This document shows, piece by piece, positions 18,642 through 29,066 of a stretch of 60,136 bases of DNA; within the stretch, counting starts at the first letter, position 1, and the number at the start of each line of letters is the position of its first letter. The translations under genes and the position numbers were made by a program. The DNA is taken from sequence record SRR20825006_617. The stretch is one strand, 5' to 3'. The notes beneath the pieces were generated by a model, which was given only the letters and a program-made list of their open reading frames with translations, searched no databases and was not told where the DNA came from.

Positions 18642-19805
18642 TTACAGAGCTTCCTGTTCCGCCGTGAAGCCTGCTTGCTGAACCGCCTCTGCGAGCCTTG
18701 ACCAGCCTGCGGCATGGGCGAACTGAACCATTCTGGATAACGTGTTCGGTTGGGCAGGTACCTGCAGGTCTGAGGGAACTGCCTCAGGAGCCATTTTCTC
18801 CCACGGTAAGACGGCACGACCTACTGCCCGAGCTTCTTCGGCAAGCTTTGCCGCAATTCGGAAGCCTCCCTCATCCAGGTCTCCCCAGTGATAGATAGGG
18901 GTAGAGGCAGGTAGAGTAGTAAGCAGTCGTCTGTACATCACTCGCCATTGTGGTGATGGCATGCCCGCTGTGTAGAGCACGAGGACGGGGTCTTTGCATC
19001 GAGTCCGAGCCTCCATGTGGAATGTAGTGAGGTTTTCCACTGAAAGGACCATTGCGGGTTGGCTGTCGAGGCCTTCGATGGCGCTTGCCGGTAGGCCGGT
19101 GTAGGGGGCGTCAAGTAGCGCGCAGACACGAGCCCGGCGAATGGTCACGTTGCCAGCTAGTAGTGCTGGCTGTTCGTCCTTGATCAGCCCGAGTTCTTGC
19201 CAGACTTCCAGGCTTGGGCGCGCAGGCAGATCGTAGGCGCCGACCACGAGAATATCGAGCTCTACCGTGAGTTGTTCGATGCGTTTGGTGTCGTTGAACA
19301 GCTTCTGGCTGGTCACGCGCAAGGGCTGCTCACTGTCGCCGTTTTCCTTGATGTGCCGGACCACACGGAGCGCATCGAGCAGGTTGCCGACGGCATCGGG
19401 GGTCAAAGAACGCGGGGACTTGAGTTGGCGCCAGGCGTCGATCACGTCGTTCAGGATCGGGTAAGCTTCGCACCATGGCTCGAGCATGGCGGCGGCAGCC
19501 TCAATGACGTCGCTGCGCAAGGGATGGCCCAGGAAGCTGGCGAGGGTAGGCAGATCCTCCAGTTCAACCCGGGCAATCAGGCTGTGGGGGTCATGGATGT
19601 CGTCGAGAACGAGCCGGATGGCGCCACGGGCCTGGGCGGCGCGCAGGGTTCCCTCCACGGATTCCTTCTCGCTCAGGGTGCGGGTGGCGCGATACGCGGA
19701 GAGGTCCCGGCTGGTAAGGCGCGCCGGCAACTTGCGTATGCCGGCAGCGCTCTGTTCGGCCTGGGTCAGCAGTTTGTTCAGGTACTTGTCACCCAGGTCA
19801 CTCAT
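18642..19805 (-). CDS. jetD: Wadjet JetD TOPRIM nuclease
   Basis: LSVENLTTF and HWGDLDEGG TOPRIM motifs; last gene of the SMC operon; start MSDLGDK overlaps the jetC stop. Confidence 0.85.
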   Translation of the reverse strand: MSDLGDKYLNKLLTQAEQSAAGIRKLPARLTSRDLSAYRATRTLSEKESVEGTLRAAQARGAIRLVLDDIHDPHSLIARVELEDLPTLASFLGHPLRSDVIEAAAAMLEPWCEAYPILNDVIDAWRQLKSPRSLTPDAVGNLLDALRVVRHIKENGDSEQPLRVTSQKLFNDTKRIEQLTVELDILVVGAYDLPARPSLEVWQELGLIKDEQPALLAGNVTIRRARVCALLDAPYTGLPASAIEGLDSQPAMVLSVENLTTFHMEARTRCKDPVLVLYTAGMPSPQWRVMYRRLLTTLPASTPIYHWGDLDEGGFRIAAKLAEEARAVGRAVLPWEKMAPEAVPSDLQVPAQPNTLSRMVQFAHAAGWSRLAEAVQQAGFTAEQEAL

Positions 19806-22800
19806 GCATTGTTCCTCTGGCACTGCTCTGCATCTCTGCGAGCTTCTGGTCAAGCAATTCCGGGTGGAACTCGAGGAGATCCTCTTGGAACATCTGTCGA
19901 GCTTTTTCAGTGACTTCGTGGTGTGTGAGAAGGACCATATTGGTATCGGCTTCGCGAAGGATATTGAAGTAGCCGTGCAGAAATGCATTCAAGAACCCGA
20001 GGTTTTCACCTGGGCTGGCCATCATGACCTGTAGGCCGAGGTCGTTAAAGTACTGCATCGTGGAGATGATATTGCTGGCGTCCATCTTGTTGAAGGCCTC
20101 ATCAAGTGCGATCAGGGCAAGGCCATCCTGGTTGTTGGAGGAGAGATGGTAGGCGCTGGCCAATGCCGCGCCGGCAATCACGTACAGGGGCGCTCGGTGT
20201 TCGCCGCCGGAACCGGTACCGATCCGCCGGCTCAGTCGTCCCAAGGTGACACGGTGGCGTTCGGCGTCCCGACGGTATATCTCGATATCGAAGTCAAAGA
20301 ATTCCCGGTAGTCGTCCAGCGGGCTACGTGCCGGTGCGCCGGTAACGGTGTTTTCGTCGAGCAGCACCTGGAACTCCGGGGGGATCTCGCCGGCGCCGAA
20401 CATGTCGTCCTGAGGGCCCAGTTCGGAGACTCGCCGGATAAAATCCAACAACTGCGCATGCTCTGGTCGAGGCATGCGTTCAAATCGGTAATACTCGCCG
20501 TTACTGAATGCCGGTGCGTTCTCAAGCACTTTGTTGAGGCGGTCCATAGTTGAGCGCAACCACGCGAGATTATTTTCGATGGAAAGTGCAACGTCGTTGC
20601 GAAAGGTTTCCTGTGCAGCCTTGTAGGCCTCTTCCATGCGGTCGGTATAATTGGCCAGTTCGGAGTCGCGCAATGCTTGGGTGGTGTTGATCAGCCAGAC
20701 GCGGAGTTTGGTCCAGTCCTCAGCCTCGTCTGGAGGGACAACGCCATGTTTGGTTGAATACGATTGGAAAGCAGCGCTGCCTTGACGCAAGAGCTTGTTT
20801 TGCCGATCAGTGTATTCCCTAGAGGTTCGCTCCGCAGACTCGGCGATCGCCAGCAGATGAAGTTTCTGCATGTCGGCAAGCTCGAACCACTGGGTTTCGG
20901 CCGCCTCGGGATCATACTCGGGGGTTTCGGTCAGGGTGGCGTAGCGGCTGGCCGCCTCCGATTGACGGTGTTCAATGGTTATCAGGCTATCGCGGGCGTT
21001 GATAGCGGTTTGCTCGGCGGCGCCGCATCGCCTGACCAGCTGCTCGATTTCCCCGCGCAAGCGTTGGTGTTCCGCCTCCCATTGTTTCTGGCGTTCTTGT
21101 AGCTCGAGAAAACCTGCATCAGCGGTATCGGTCACCTTCGTGTTATAGGCCTCCAGTGATTCGATAGCGGCACTGATGTCATCGAGGGTCTTTGAAAGAT
21201 CAGAGCGGAAAGCCTCGGGATCGGCGATCAGGCTGAAGCGGTCACGATAATCACTCCAGCGCTCGGCGAGCTTTTTCGTCTGCTCGATCTGAGTTGTGAG
21301 GCGGGCGGCGAGCTTTTCCATCTCTGCTCTTTGCTCGGCTTTGTTCTCGCGACCGAGCAGGAAAGTGTGGGGCCTTACGCATTGCAGGCGATCGATTGTT
21401 TTGCCGGTAAGCATGCCGTCGCGCGTCAGTGTCCGCTCGCCGGCGAGAGCGGCCTCATCGGTCTCTGCGCACAACGTGGCACCGAACTGGCTGCGCAGAT
21501 ACTCGACGGCCGCCGGGTGGGGCCCCTCGAGCAAAGCGGCGACGGTGCCTTCAGCGGGTGCGCGGGTGCGCTGGTTACGGCTGGCGCGCACGATTTTGGC
21601 GCCGTGAATGTTCTCCCGTCGATATAGAGCAAAAGTGCGGTCTTCGTGGTCTTCGACCAGCAGGCCCTGCAGATGGACGTTTAGGTATGCTTCGATAGCG
21701 GGTTGCCAGCTGGGATCGGAGACCGACACCAAGTCACAGACCGGCATGCAGGCTATGCCATTGTCCTCCAGCAGGTTTTTAAGCCTGAGAACATGCGTTT
21801 GCAAGGGGGGCTTGCCAGTACGCAAACGCTCTAGGTTCGCGGCGACAGCTTTGAGCTCGTCTTGTTGCGCTTTGAGGGCCTGCTTGTGTTGCGTGTGTTC
21901 GTCATCGACCTGGGTCTTGGCGCCAGCAATCAGTGACAGCGCGTGGTCGCAGGTGTCCAACACCCGCTTCTTGCCCATCTGAACATCTCCGTTGAGGAGT
22001 TCCATCAGGTCATCGTGGAGGGCTTCGACGTCGGCGGTGCCGGAGAAGATGTTGGGGTTGTCCATCAGGACGCGAAGGCACGCGCGAAGCTGTCCTGCCT
22101 GTCGGATGGCCAGTTCCTCAGCGCGGGACAACCTGCTGTTCGTGAGCCCGATAATTTCCTGCAGGCTTTGCGTCTCCTGGTAGGCGCTGTGCTGCTGGAC
22201 CAGACGGTCGTAGCGCTTTTCTTCTTCCTCGGCGTGTGTGGCCTGACTCTTTTTATCGGTCTCTTCTTTGGATAGCGTGACAAACGTTTCTTCTGCCTCA
22301 GTGAGGCGTGCTTTGGCCGCCTCGACCGATTTGTCGAGATCAAGCAACCGTGCCCTGCCGGCCACTGCTTTTGCGGTCGCGACCTGGCTGTCCAGCGTGG
22401 CGGCCTCGTTGTAGATGGTGATGACATTTTCCGAGTCTTTGATCTTGTCTTGCACTTGGTTGACGCGCTGACGAAGGTCCCGCACTGAGTCCAAGACCCT
22501 GCGGAAATTCGCGACTGGTGTAGGACGACTCTCCAGCATCTGGTAGCGAATGATCTCGTCGACAGGCTTGTCGAAGCGCATCTTCAACCCGAAACGAAAT
22601 GCCCGCAGGAACGATTCTGCCTGTGGGATGGCGCCGGAGCCGCGCAGGGCGGTAAGGTAGGCGCGCACAAAGCGCATGGGCTCGTTGAAGACAATCTCGT
22701 CCTCGTAGCCGGCGGCGCGGGCCTGGCGGTGGATTTCCTTGCGAAAGGTGTTCCAGTCCAGCGGCCGCTCGCCGGCGCCGCTAGCCTTGAGGTGATCGTC

Positions 22801-23214
22801 GAGGGTGAGCTCGACGCCGGGAAGTAGGTAGCGGCCCTCGACGTGGTGCTTGTCGGAATTGCTGTTGGCCGTGATGCACAGGCCCATGCTGGTGGGAATA
22901 CCTGTGTCGTCATCCTTCCACACTAAGGTGAGATAGGTGGTGGCGGCATCGCGTGCATAGCTGTTTTCGCTGGCACTGGTTTGCCCAAGGCAATAGCTGC
23001 GAAGTGAGCGCGAAGTGGACCGGGTTTCATCGGCCTGAGCGTTGAAGGCGGTATAGTTTTGGTGGGCCCCGGTCATGACGATTTGCAGGGCATCGATCAG
23101 GGCGCTTTTGCCGCTGCCATTGGGACCGAACACACCGCTGACTTTGCGGATTGGTAGGTCTTGCTTCTCGAATAGGTAGAACTGGACCAGGCGGATGGCG
23201 TGGAGCGTTTTCAT
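19798..23214 (-). CDS. jetC: Wadjet JetC SMC-family ATPase
   Basis: Walker A GPNGSGKS, long coiled coils, signature GSGGEH, Walker B IALDEAF. Confidence 0.9.
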   Translation of the reverse strand: MKTLHAIRLVQFYLFEKQDLPIRKVSGVFGPNGSGKSALIDALQIVMTGAHQNYTAFNAQADETRSTSRSLRSYCLGQTSASENSYARDAATTYLTLVWKDDDTGIPTSMGLCITANSNSDKHHVEGRYLLPGVELTLDDHLKASGAGERPLDWNTFRKEIHRQARAAGYEDEIVFNEPMRFVRAYLTALRGSGAIPQAESFLRAFRFGLKMRFDKPVDEIIRYQMLESRPTPVANFRRVLDSVRDLRQRVNQVQDKIKDSENVITIYNEAATLDSQVATAKAVAGRARLLDLDKSVEAAKARLTEAEETFVTLSKEETDKKSQATHAEEEEKRYDRLVQQHSAYQETQSLQEIIGLTNSRLSRAEELAIRQAGQLRACLRVLMDNPNIFSGTADVEALHDDLMELLNGDVQMGKKRVLDTCDHALSLIAGAKTQVDDEHTQHKQALKAQQDELKAVAANLERLRTGKPPLQTHVLRLKNLLEDNGIACMPVCDLVSVSDPSWQPAIEAYLNVHLQGLLVEDHEDRTFALYRRENIHGAKIVRASRNQRTRAPAEGTVAALLEGPHPAAVEYLRSQFGATLCAETDEAALAGERTLTRDGMLTGKTIDRLQCVRPHTFLLGRENKAEQRAEMEKLAARLTTQIEQTKKLAERWSDYRDRFSLIADPEAFRSDLSKTLDDISAAIESLEAYNTKVTDTADAGFLELQERQKQWEAEHQRLRGEIEQLVRRCGAAEQTAINARDSLITIEHRQSEAASRYATLTETPEYDPEAAETQWFELADMQKLHLLAIAESAERTSREYTDRQNKLLRQGSAAFQSYSTKHGVVPPDEAEDWTKLRVWLINTTQALRDSELANYTDRMEEAYKAAQETFRNDVALSIENNLAWLRSTMDRLNKVLENAPAFSNGEYYRFERMPRPEHAQLLDFIRRVSELGPQDDMFGAGEIPPEFQVLLDENTVTGAPARSPLDDYREFFDFDIEIYRRDAERHRVTLGRLSRRIGTGSGGEHRAPLYVIAGAALASAYHLSSNNQDGLALIALDEAFNKMDASNIISTMQYFNDLGLQVMMASPGENLGFLNAFLHGYFNILREADTNMVLLTHHEVTEKARQMFQEDLLEFHPELLDQKLAEMQSSARGTMHE

Positions 23215-23867
23215 GCCTTGGATTCCTCTTCATCGATCTCGATGACATCGAGGAGATTGCCGTCCTCGTCGCGCGGTGCCCACTCTGCGAGTCGGGCGAG
23301 GGCAGCTTCACCCAGTACGTCGACAATGCCAGGGCGAATGGCCACCTCGTAGGGTTGGTCTGACGTGTTTCCTTCGAAGGCAGTCTCGTCCTGAATAATG
23401 CGCACCAGCCCCCAGCGCTTCATTGTCTGGATCAAGACGGTCAGCTCTCCTCCGCCCGGGAAGGGGCGACGGGTGGCCTGTCGGTAGGTCTCGTCGAGTT
23501 CTACCAAGTCGCATATCACTTCGGAGGATTCATTGAACCGGCCTTCACCCGCACCGATGTCGTATACCTTGCGCAGCACCAGTGCGAGCAGGGTTTGCTT
23601 CAGCGTGGCCGGCCCGGGTTTGGCCCGGGCTGGGATGGCATAGGCGTACTGGGCTCGACGGTTCACATTGACGACTAGCCCCAGTGGGGCAAGGGCGACC
23701 TGCATGTCGCGTTCGTGGTGAGCGATCGCGTTATAGGCGACAGCCGATCGCCTGTCGACGCGGTAGAGTATCTGCTCGGCCACCAGCCGGTAAGCGGCGG
23801 TTTCGAGGATCTCTGTATCGTACAGGGAGTCGGAGTGCTCGAGTACTTCTTCCCAGAATTCGCTCAT
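23211..23867 (-). CDS. jetB: Wadjet JetB (DUF4194-like KITE subunit)
   Basis: 218 aa, TLLALVLRKVYD...IRPGI; position between jetA and jetC with overlapping start/stop codons. Confidence 0.8.
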   Translation of the reverse strand: MSEFWEEVLEHSDSLYDTEILETAAYRLVAEQILYRVDRRSAVAYNAIAHHERDMQVALAPLGLVVNVNRRAQYAYAIPARAKPGPATLKQTLLALVLRKVYDIGAGEGRFNESSEVICDLVELDETYRQATRRPFPGGGELTVLIQTMKRWGLVRIIQDETAFEGNTSDQPYEVAIRPGIVDVLGEAALARLAEWAPRDEDGNLLDVIEIDEEESKA

Positions 23868-25342
23868 TGTGAGGCCTTCTCCTTGATCTGCCGGCGGCGT
23901 TGGCGCGAGACATTAAACGGGATGGTGGTGAGAAATGGCGTCGACAGGTCTGGTCCGGGGGTCGCCTTGACCTCGAAGTCTCGGGCCATGATCCGCGCGT
24001 TCAGGGCCAGTTTGGCTGAATTGGTCAGTGAGACAGGGGCTAGGGCGCTCAGTACCTGGAAGGCCCTAACGTCCTTGATGGTCTCCAAGCTCAGCTGGTC
24101 GGCGCCGAGGGAATCCTCATCACCGAGCTGGCGGTTCACAAACGCCGCCAGTTCCGGTGCGCTGATGGTGCGTGCGGCACTGGCCTCGCGGCGCAGCGCG
24201 GCCCGGGCTAGCGCCTCGGGAGAGATGACGGTGTCACGTAGGGCGGCGGGCTGGTGGGGGCTTTTAGGCTGCGGCGGGCTAGTGAGCCGGTCAGGGCTTA
24301 TCATGTCGCCAACAGGGCAGGGAGAGTGGGCCACCGCTTCGTCTGAGGCAATAACGGCCCGCACGGCGTGATGCAGCAGACGGTCGAAGCGGTCGGACGA
24401 GCGCAGTCGGTAATCAAGGGTGGCGAGGGCGCGTTGATTGACCCGGCGAATCTCGTCGTCCAAGCGCAGCAGGTATTCATCGATTCGGTTGAAGTCCAGC
24501 AGGCGGCCGATGTCCCGGGCAAAGAGCATCTCTGCTTTGCCCTGGTTGTTGCGTGTGCGGCGCTCACTGTACCAGGTAGTCAGCCGCTCGCGTTGGCTGG
24601 GATCACAGCTTAGGGCTTCGGCCATGTCGACAATCCGGGCGCGCTCCGCCAGCGGGTGATCTCGGGTGCGCAACTCACGGTAATCCCCGATGAAGTGGGT
24701 CTCGATGAACCGGTCGAAAAAGGTCCGGACAAACTCAGCGGTGGTGTTCGTTTTTCGCAGGGCTGCATCGAGGCCGGTGATGGCGGCAATCATATGTCGT
24801 ATGTACTCGATGAGCTGACGCGATTGGCTGGCCGCTTCGTTGAGCTGGTCCCCGTCGCCGCTGCCTTCGTAGACATCGAGGAGCAATGCCTTGATGGAAC
24901 GTACCTTGGCGGACAGGAACATCGGCTCGGCGTGGACAAAGCCGATCAGCGCACTGGTGAGTGTCAGGACCTGAGTGCCCATGAGAACGTATTGCCGGGC
25001 ACCGCGGCGCGTGACCGTTAACCAGCCATCCGTCTCCAGTTTGCGCAGCAGTTGATTGGCGCGTACTGCCAGCGGGGTATCGGGAGTCTCATCTTCCTCG
25101 GGTAGCCAGTCGTCAATATGCGAGAGGACGTCTTCAATCGCGTGCTGCACGGTTTTCAGCGGATAGCCGTCAACCGGTGGTGCTTGAACGTCTGGCCCGA
25201 AGAATTCCTCGTACAGGTGCTCAATCACGCGCCAGTAAACCTGCCGGTTTTGTGATGCCAGGGCGGCGAAGATGCGTTCAGGCAACTTGCTGAACAGGCC
25301 TTTGGCTTCCTGCATTGGGAGAACGTCGATGGGCGAGATCAT
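23864..25342 (-). CDS. jetA: Wadjet JetA (kleisin-like)
   Basis: About 490 aa, LFSKLPERIFAALASQNR...LRKLETDGWL; first structural gene; ATGA overlap with the WYL gene. Confidence 0.78.
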   Translation of the reverse strand: MISPIDVLPMQEAKGLFSKLPERIFAALASQNRQVYWRVIEHLYEEFFGPDVQAPPVDGYPLKTVQHAIEDVLSHIDDWLPEEDETPDTPLAVRANQLLRKLETDGWLTVTRRGARQYVLMGTQVLTLTSALIGFVHAEPMFLSAKVRSIKALLLDVYEGSGDGDQLNEAASQSRQLIEYIRHMIAAITGLDAALRKTNTTAEFVRTFFDRFIETHFIGDYRELRTRDHPLAERARIVDMAEALSCDPSQRERLTTWYSERRTRNNQGKAEMLFARDIGRLLDFNRIDEYLLRLDDEIRRVNQRALATLDYRLRSSDRFDRLLHHAVRAVIASDEAVAHSPCPVGDMISPDRLTSPPQPKSPHQPAALRDTVISPEALARAALRREASAARTISAPELAAFVNRQLGDEDSLGADQLSLETIKDVRAFQVLSALAPVSLTNSAKLALNARIMARDFEVKATPGPDLSTPFLTTIPFNVSRQRRRQIKEKASQ

Positions 25343-26187
25343 GCCGGCATTAGCCACGGTGTGAGTGTCTCCGCGTTGAGGACCGCCAGCACATGCTCTG
25401 GCGGGGTTTGGCGGTCAGGGTCGATTGCAGCCTGCACGGAACGAATGAAATAGTGCAACAATGGGGCTCTGCAGGTTTCTGCGCGGCCGCTGGCGCCACA
25501 GAAGTACTCGTCACGGACAACCCGTTTCTGCGACGGCGGCAAGTCGGGGTGGGCAACGAATCTTACCTCCAACAACGTTTGCCACTCGTGGTCCTCGGAG
25601 CCGGCGACGGCCGGCTGGCCATCGAGAGGCGAAACCTCTCGTATTCGGCCGAGATTGAAGTCCCGAAAGTCTTGGTTCTTGTCGCAGTAGGCACGGACAT
25701 GCCAGCGCTGTTCGGTGCGTACCAGTCGGTGGGGGTGGATGACCCGCCAGTGACGTTCGGGGTGCCGCATGGAGGCATACAGAATTTCGACTGGCACTGC
25801 GGCTTGAATTGCACGGTTCAGGGCCCCGAAGATGGCCGGCGGGGGGGCGGCCAGTGCCGGGAAGGCAGCTTGCATGGCGCTGGTTGTGCCGAGTGCCTCG
25901 ACAGCCGCGCTCAGGCCTGTCAGTCCAATGTACTGGTCCAGGGTGCCACTGGCGCCGGTCGGGCTGTAGGCCTCGGGTGTAGCAAGAAAGCTTCGGCTGA
26001 TTGTGTCCCACTGAACCCAGTCCGGGTGGGATTCGCGCAGGCGCCGGATCCAGACGCTAGCGCGTGGAGAGCTCAGGCCGAAGAGTTCGCGAATACGGGC
26101 GTTGTTCAGGCGCCCTTCCCATCTGAGAAGCGTTTCGAGTTGTTGCAGGCGGCGAGGATCGGTGATCTCTGAGCTGTTGATCGGCAC
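25339..26187 (-). CDS. WYL-domain transcriptional regulator (BrxR/CapW-like)
   Basis: N-terminal wHTH RRLQQLETLLRWEGRL...FGLS; WYL core YASM...IHPHRL...RWHVRAYC...FRDFNLGRI. Confidence 0.88.
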   Translation of the reverse strand: MPINSSEITDPRRLQQLETLLRWEGRLNNARIRELFGLSSPRASVWIRRLRESHPDWVQWDTISRSFLATPEAYSPTGASGTLDQYIGLTGLSAAVEALGTTSAMQAAFPALAAPPPAIFGALNRAIQAAVPVEILYASMRHPERHWRVIHPHRLVRTEQRWHVRAYCDKNQDFRDFNLGRIREVSPLDGQPAVAGSEDHEWQTLLEVRFVAHPDLPPSQKRVVRDEYFCGASGRAETCRAPLLHYFIRSVQAAIDPDRQTPPEHVLAVLNAETLTPWLMPA

Positions 26188-26200
26188 GGATGTCTCATCT

Positions 26201-26236
26201 TATCGTTTTCGATATCTTATTGTAATCGATATGATA
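26201..26236. promoter_or_regulatory. Imperfect inverted repeat upstream of the WYL-jetABCD operon; candidate WYL operator
   Basis: TATCGTTTTCGAT-N11-ATCGATATGATA, 14-49 bp upstream of the WYL start. Confidence 0.4.
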
Positions 26237-26406
26237 GGTCTAGCCGTTGTTGCTGGTCGGCAGTCTAGGTATTTTATGTGGCAGTTAAAAATTAATAATA
26301 ACCCAATAAAAACATATGGTTACGACTTTTTATATAAGTTTATCTGGTTTGCGATATGGGTGAAAAACTGGTATATTTTCTGACACATTAAATAAAGGTG
26401 AGGGCA

Positions 26407-27012
26407 ATGAGTGTTGCGGAGAAAGTCAAAAGCCTTGCTTTGGAATTCGAGAAAGGCGAGCCATTTACCAATGGCAGCTTTCTCTCGCTGGGCTCCCGTT
26501 CGGCGGTAGATAAGGCGCTGTCACGAATGGTTAAGGAGGGGGCTATCCAGCGAGTGTCTCGTGGGGTCTACTTTCGACCAAAGAAGAACCGCTTTGTTGG
26601 CGTAGCGTTGCCAGAGCCTTCTCAGGTTGTACGAGTAATTGCACAAGATCATGGGGAAACTATTCAGGTGCATGGTGCTGAGGCGGCGCGTCGCTTCAGG
26701 CTGAGTACTCAGATGCCGACGATCCCTACCTTCTATACCAGCGGGCCGAGTCGAGAACTATATATCGGTAAGCTCAAGGTTCGGCTTATGCACACCACGA
26801 GCAGTCGCCGCCTTCAGCATGCCGGTAATAAAGTTGGACTCGCATTGTCGGCTCTTTGGTATCTGGGAAAAGATAACGTCAGTGAAGAGGCGGTCAGGCG
26901 TGTTCGTGAGGGGCTCAGTGAGGAAGAGTTTGTGGCTTTGCGTGAGTCAAGAATGCCAGCTTGGATGAGCAAGGCTATTAAGAAATATTCACAAGGAAGC
27001 ATTCATGGCTGA
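26407..27012 (+). CDS. AbiEi-like antitoxin (DUF6088 type)
   Basis: GSRSAVDKALSRM...RVSRGVY...GAEAARRFRLSTQMP; overlaps the toxin gene. Confidence 0.8.
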   Translation: MSVAEKVKSLALEFEKGEPFTNGSFLSLGSRSAVDKALSRMVKEGAIQRVSRGVYFRPKKNRFVGVALPEPSQVVRVIAQDHGETIQVHGAEAARRFRLSTQMPTIPTFYTSGPSRELYIGKLKVRLMHTTSSRRLQHAGNKVGLALSALWYLGKDNVSEEAVRRVREGLSEEEFVALRESRMPAWMSKAIKKYSQGSIHG

Positions 27013-28024
27013 GTTTTATCTGGATTTACCGGAAAAAGATCAAAAGGAAATCCTGTCTTCCTCGGCTGCAGTCCTGGGAAGACAGGCAAGCGTTCTTGAG
27101 AAAGACATATGGGTCTGTTGGACATTGCAGACTCTGTTTGGTATTCCAGAGGCGCACCCGATGGCATTCAAGGGCGGGACGTCGTTATCAAAGGTCTACA
27201 GGGCGATTGACCGCTTTTCAGAAGATGTCGATGTTACGTTGGACTACCGTCGTTTTAAGGATGAATTTGATCCGCTTGCAGAAGGTGTGAGCAAGAACCA
27301 GATCCGAAAGTACAGTGATCGCCTGAAAGGGTATGTCAGGGACTATGCTCACGGTACGATTGTTCCTGCTTTGCAGGGTGAATTGAGTAAGCTCCCTACA
27401 GCGGCGCAGCACACTATCGATATTGATGAGTCAGGTGAAAAAATTTGGGTCAGCTTCCCATCGGTCGTGGAAGAGGGGGATGATTACCTGAAGAGTAGTA
27501 TTCTGATTGAGTTTGGTGGACGAAATATCATCGACCCAAATGAGGTGCACACCATTTCGCCTTATGTGAAAGACGTCACTACTGAGGTGGATTATCCGGT
27601 CGGTGAGGTTGTTGTGCTGTCACCACAGAGGACGTTTTGGGAGAAAGCAACTCTCATTCATGTCGAGTGTAACCGTGGATCTATGAAGGGCGATGCCGAG
27701 CGACTATCCCGTCATTGGTATGACCTGGTCAAACTGGGGCAGCATGAATCTGGTAAATCGGCTGTGAAAAATCGTGAGTTGCTTGAAGACGTTATTCGGC
27801 ACAAAAAAATATTCTTCAATTCAGGCTATGCCAACTATGACTGTTGTTTGAAAAGTGAGCTTAAGTTGGTCCCGGATAAAGACATGCTAAAAAGTCTAAC
27901 TGCGGACTACGAAAAAATGGTCTCCGCAGGAATGATGTACGAATCTCCGCCATCTTTTGATGAGGTCATTGATGGGCTTGAGCGGCTTGAAGGCGAAATA
28001 AATGCCTGGGGAGATCGGAAATAA
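27005..28024 (+). CDS. AbiEii/AbiGii nucleotidyltransferase toxin (type IV TA)
   Basis: LEKDIWV, FKGGTSLSK, RFSEDVD, RTFWEKA, SRHWYD. Confidence 0.88.
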   Translation: MAEFYLDLPEKDQKEILSSSAAVLGRQASVLEKDIWVCWTLQTLFGIPEAHPMAFKGGTSLSKVYRAIDRFSEDVDVTLDYRRFKDEFDPLAEGVSKNQIRKYSDRLKGYVRDYAHGTIVPALQGELSKLPTAAQHTIDIDESGEKIWVSFPSVVEEGDDYLKSSILIEFGGRNIIDPNEVHTISPYVKDVTTEVDYPVGEVVVLSPQRTFWEKATLIHVECNRGSMKGDAERLSRHWYDLVKLGQHESGKSAVKNRELLEDVIRHKKIFFNSGYANYDCCLKSELKLVPDKDMLKSLTADYEKMVSAGMMYESPPSFDEVIDGLERLEGEINAWGDRK

Positions 28025-28796
28025 AATGAAGCTCCCTGGGACTGAAGGAATATGAGGATTGAACCCTCGAAACGTTACAGCGGAGGGGGTGTAGTGGTTA
28101 GATCGTGTTATAAGTATAAGTTGGTCGCTTATATGCTCTATTAAAATCTCTCCTATTGACGAATTAAAAGTGTAGGTTCTTGTATAGATTTATCCTCTAG
28201 CATCGCTGAATATGCGCTGGCATCCTCTATGAAACACCTTTGTATTATTGATGTATGTTGAATCAGAAAAACCCACTTTACCTCCGAATATTGGTTCATT
28301 AAATAAAAGTGGGCATGATATGAAAATTGCTCTAGGGAGCGAGACTTTTCCCTTTCTCAATTGAGGACATCCCCAAAACGCACGTCAGTCCTAAATCAGG
28401 GGGGCGATTGGGGTTTCACGCGACTATCCGGCATGAGTTCTATCAGTTGGCGCGGCGGCGAATCGTTTTCAGTCATGCTGGCGTTGCTCTCTGGGTGATG
28501 CATGGTACAGAGCGACACCACATTTGCCCGCGCCGATCAGTGAATGTGCGTCATTGAGCCTGCCACCTCAGAAATAGGTAATGGCATCGCCCTCTCCATC
28601 GTCTTTTCTAATGCAAAAGCGGCAGATTTCGTAGGCATCCAGTCACGACAGAGTGTGATATACAAAATAGGAGTAGGGGCGTATCACGGCGGTGTGGCTG
28701 GGGCCTCAAACCCGGCACGTTGCCGTGTCCACTCCCCCTAAACTGAGACAGACCTGATTAGAGTTTTCTGGGAATATCACATCTCAGGAGACGACT

Positions 28797-29066
28797 ATGA
28801 AGAAATCACGGTTTACTGAAACTCAGATCGTATCAATCCTCAAAGAGGTCGATGCGGGCATGAAAGTCGAGGAGATCTGCCGAAAGCATGGCATCAGCAA
28901 TGCCACCTACTACAACTGGAAGAGCAAGTACGGTGGCATGGAAGCGTCGGATGTGAAGAAGCTCAAGGAGCTTCAGGACGAGAATGCCAAACTCAAGCAG
29001 ATGTTTGCTGATTTGAGCCTGGAAAATGCTGCCCTGAAGGATCTATTCGAAAAAAAGGGTTGGTGA
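28797..29066 (+). CDS. IS3 transposase OrfA
   Basis: MKKSRFTETQI...ICRKHGISNATYYNWKSKYGGM; A7G slippery site at 29050-29057. Confidence 0.92.
   Translation: MKKSRFTETQIVSILKEVDAGMKVEEICRKHGISNATYYNWKSKYGGMEASDVKKLKELQDENAKLKQMFADLSLENAALKDLFEKKGW

Larger units (their letters stand above)
581..28024. mobile_element. Integrative genomic island segment (AlpA/Gp2/YqaJ/DUF932/RadC backbone) with defence cargo; boundaries and integrase not visible
   Basis: Gene content typical of CP4-like/dusA-type integrative islands; visibly mosaic base composition. Confidence 0.7.

Noticed and set aside
18434-18817. 127-aa minus-strand ORF ending in EHMEHSEHTEKLEYEEH
   Set aside because: Overlaps jetD out of frame; the periodic peptide is just the translation of the 9-bp DNA repeats
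28025-28360. AT-rich spacer with short inverted repeat CCCACTTT/AAAGTGGG
   Set aside because: Only 8 bp, with no ORF or recognisable RNA structure; compatible with chance
28360-28725. Possible resolvase res-site or gene remnant and the 65-aa ORF 28544..28741
   Set aside because: The ORF runs into the IS end, rejoined flanks give no recognisable protein, and the res-like resemblance is too weak to support
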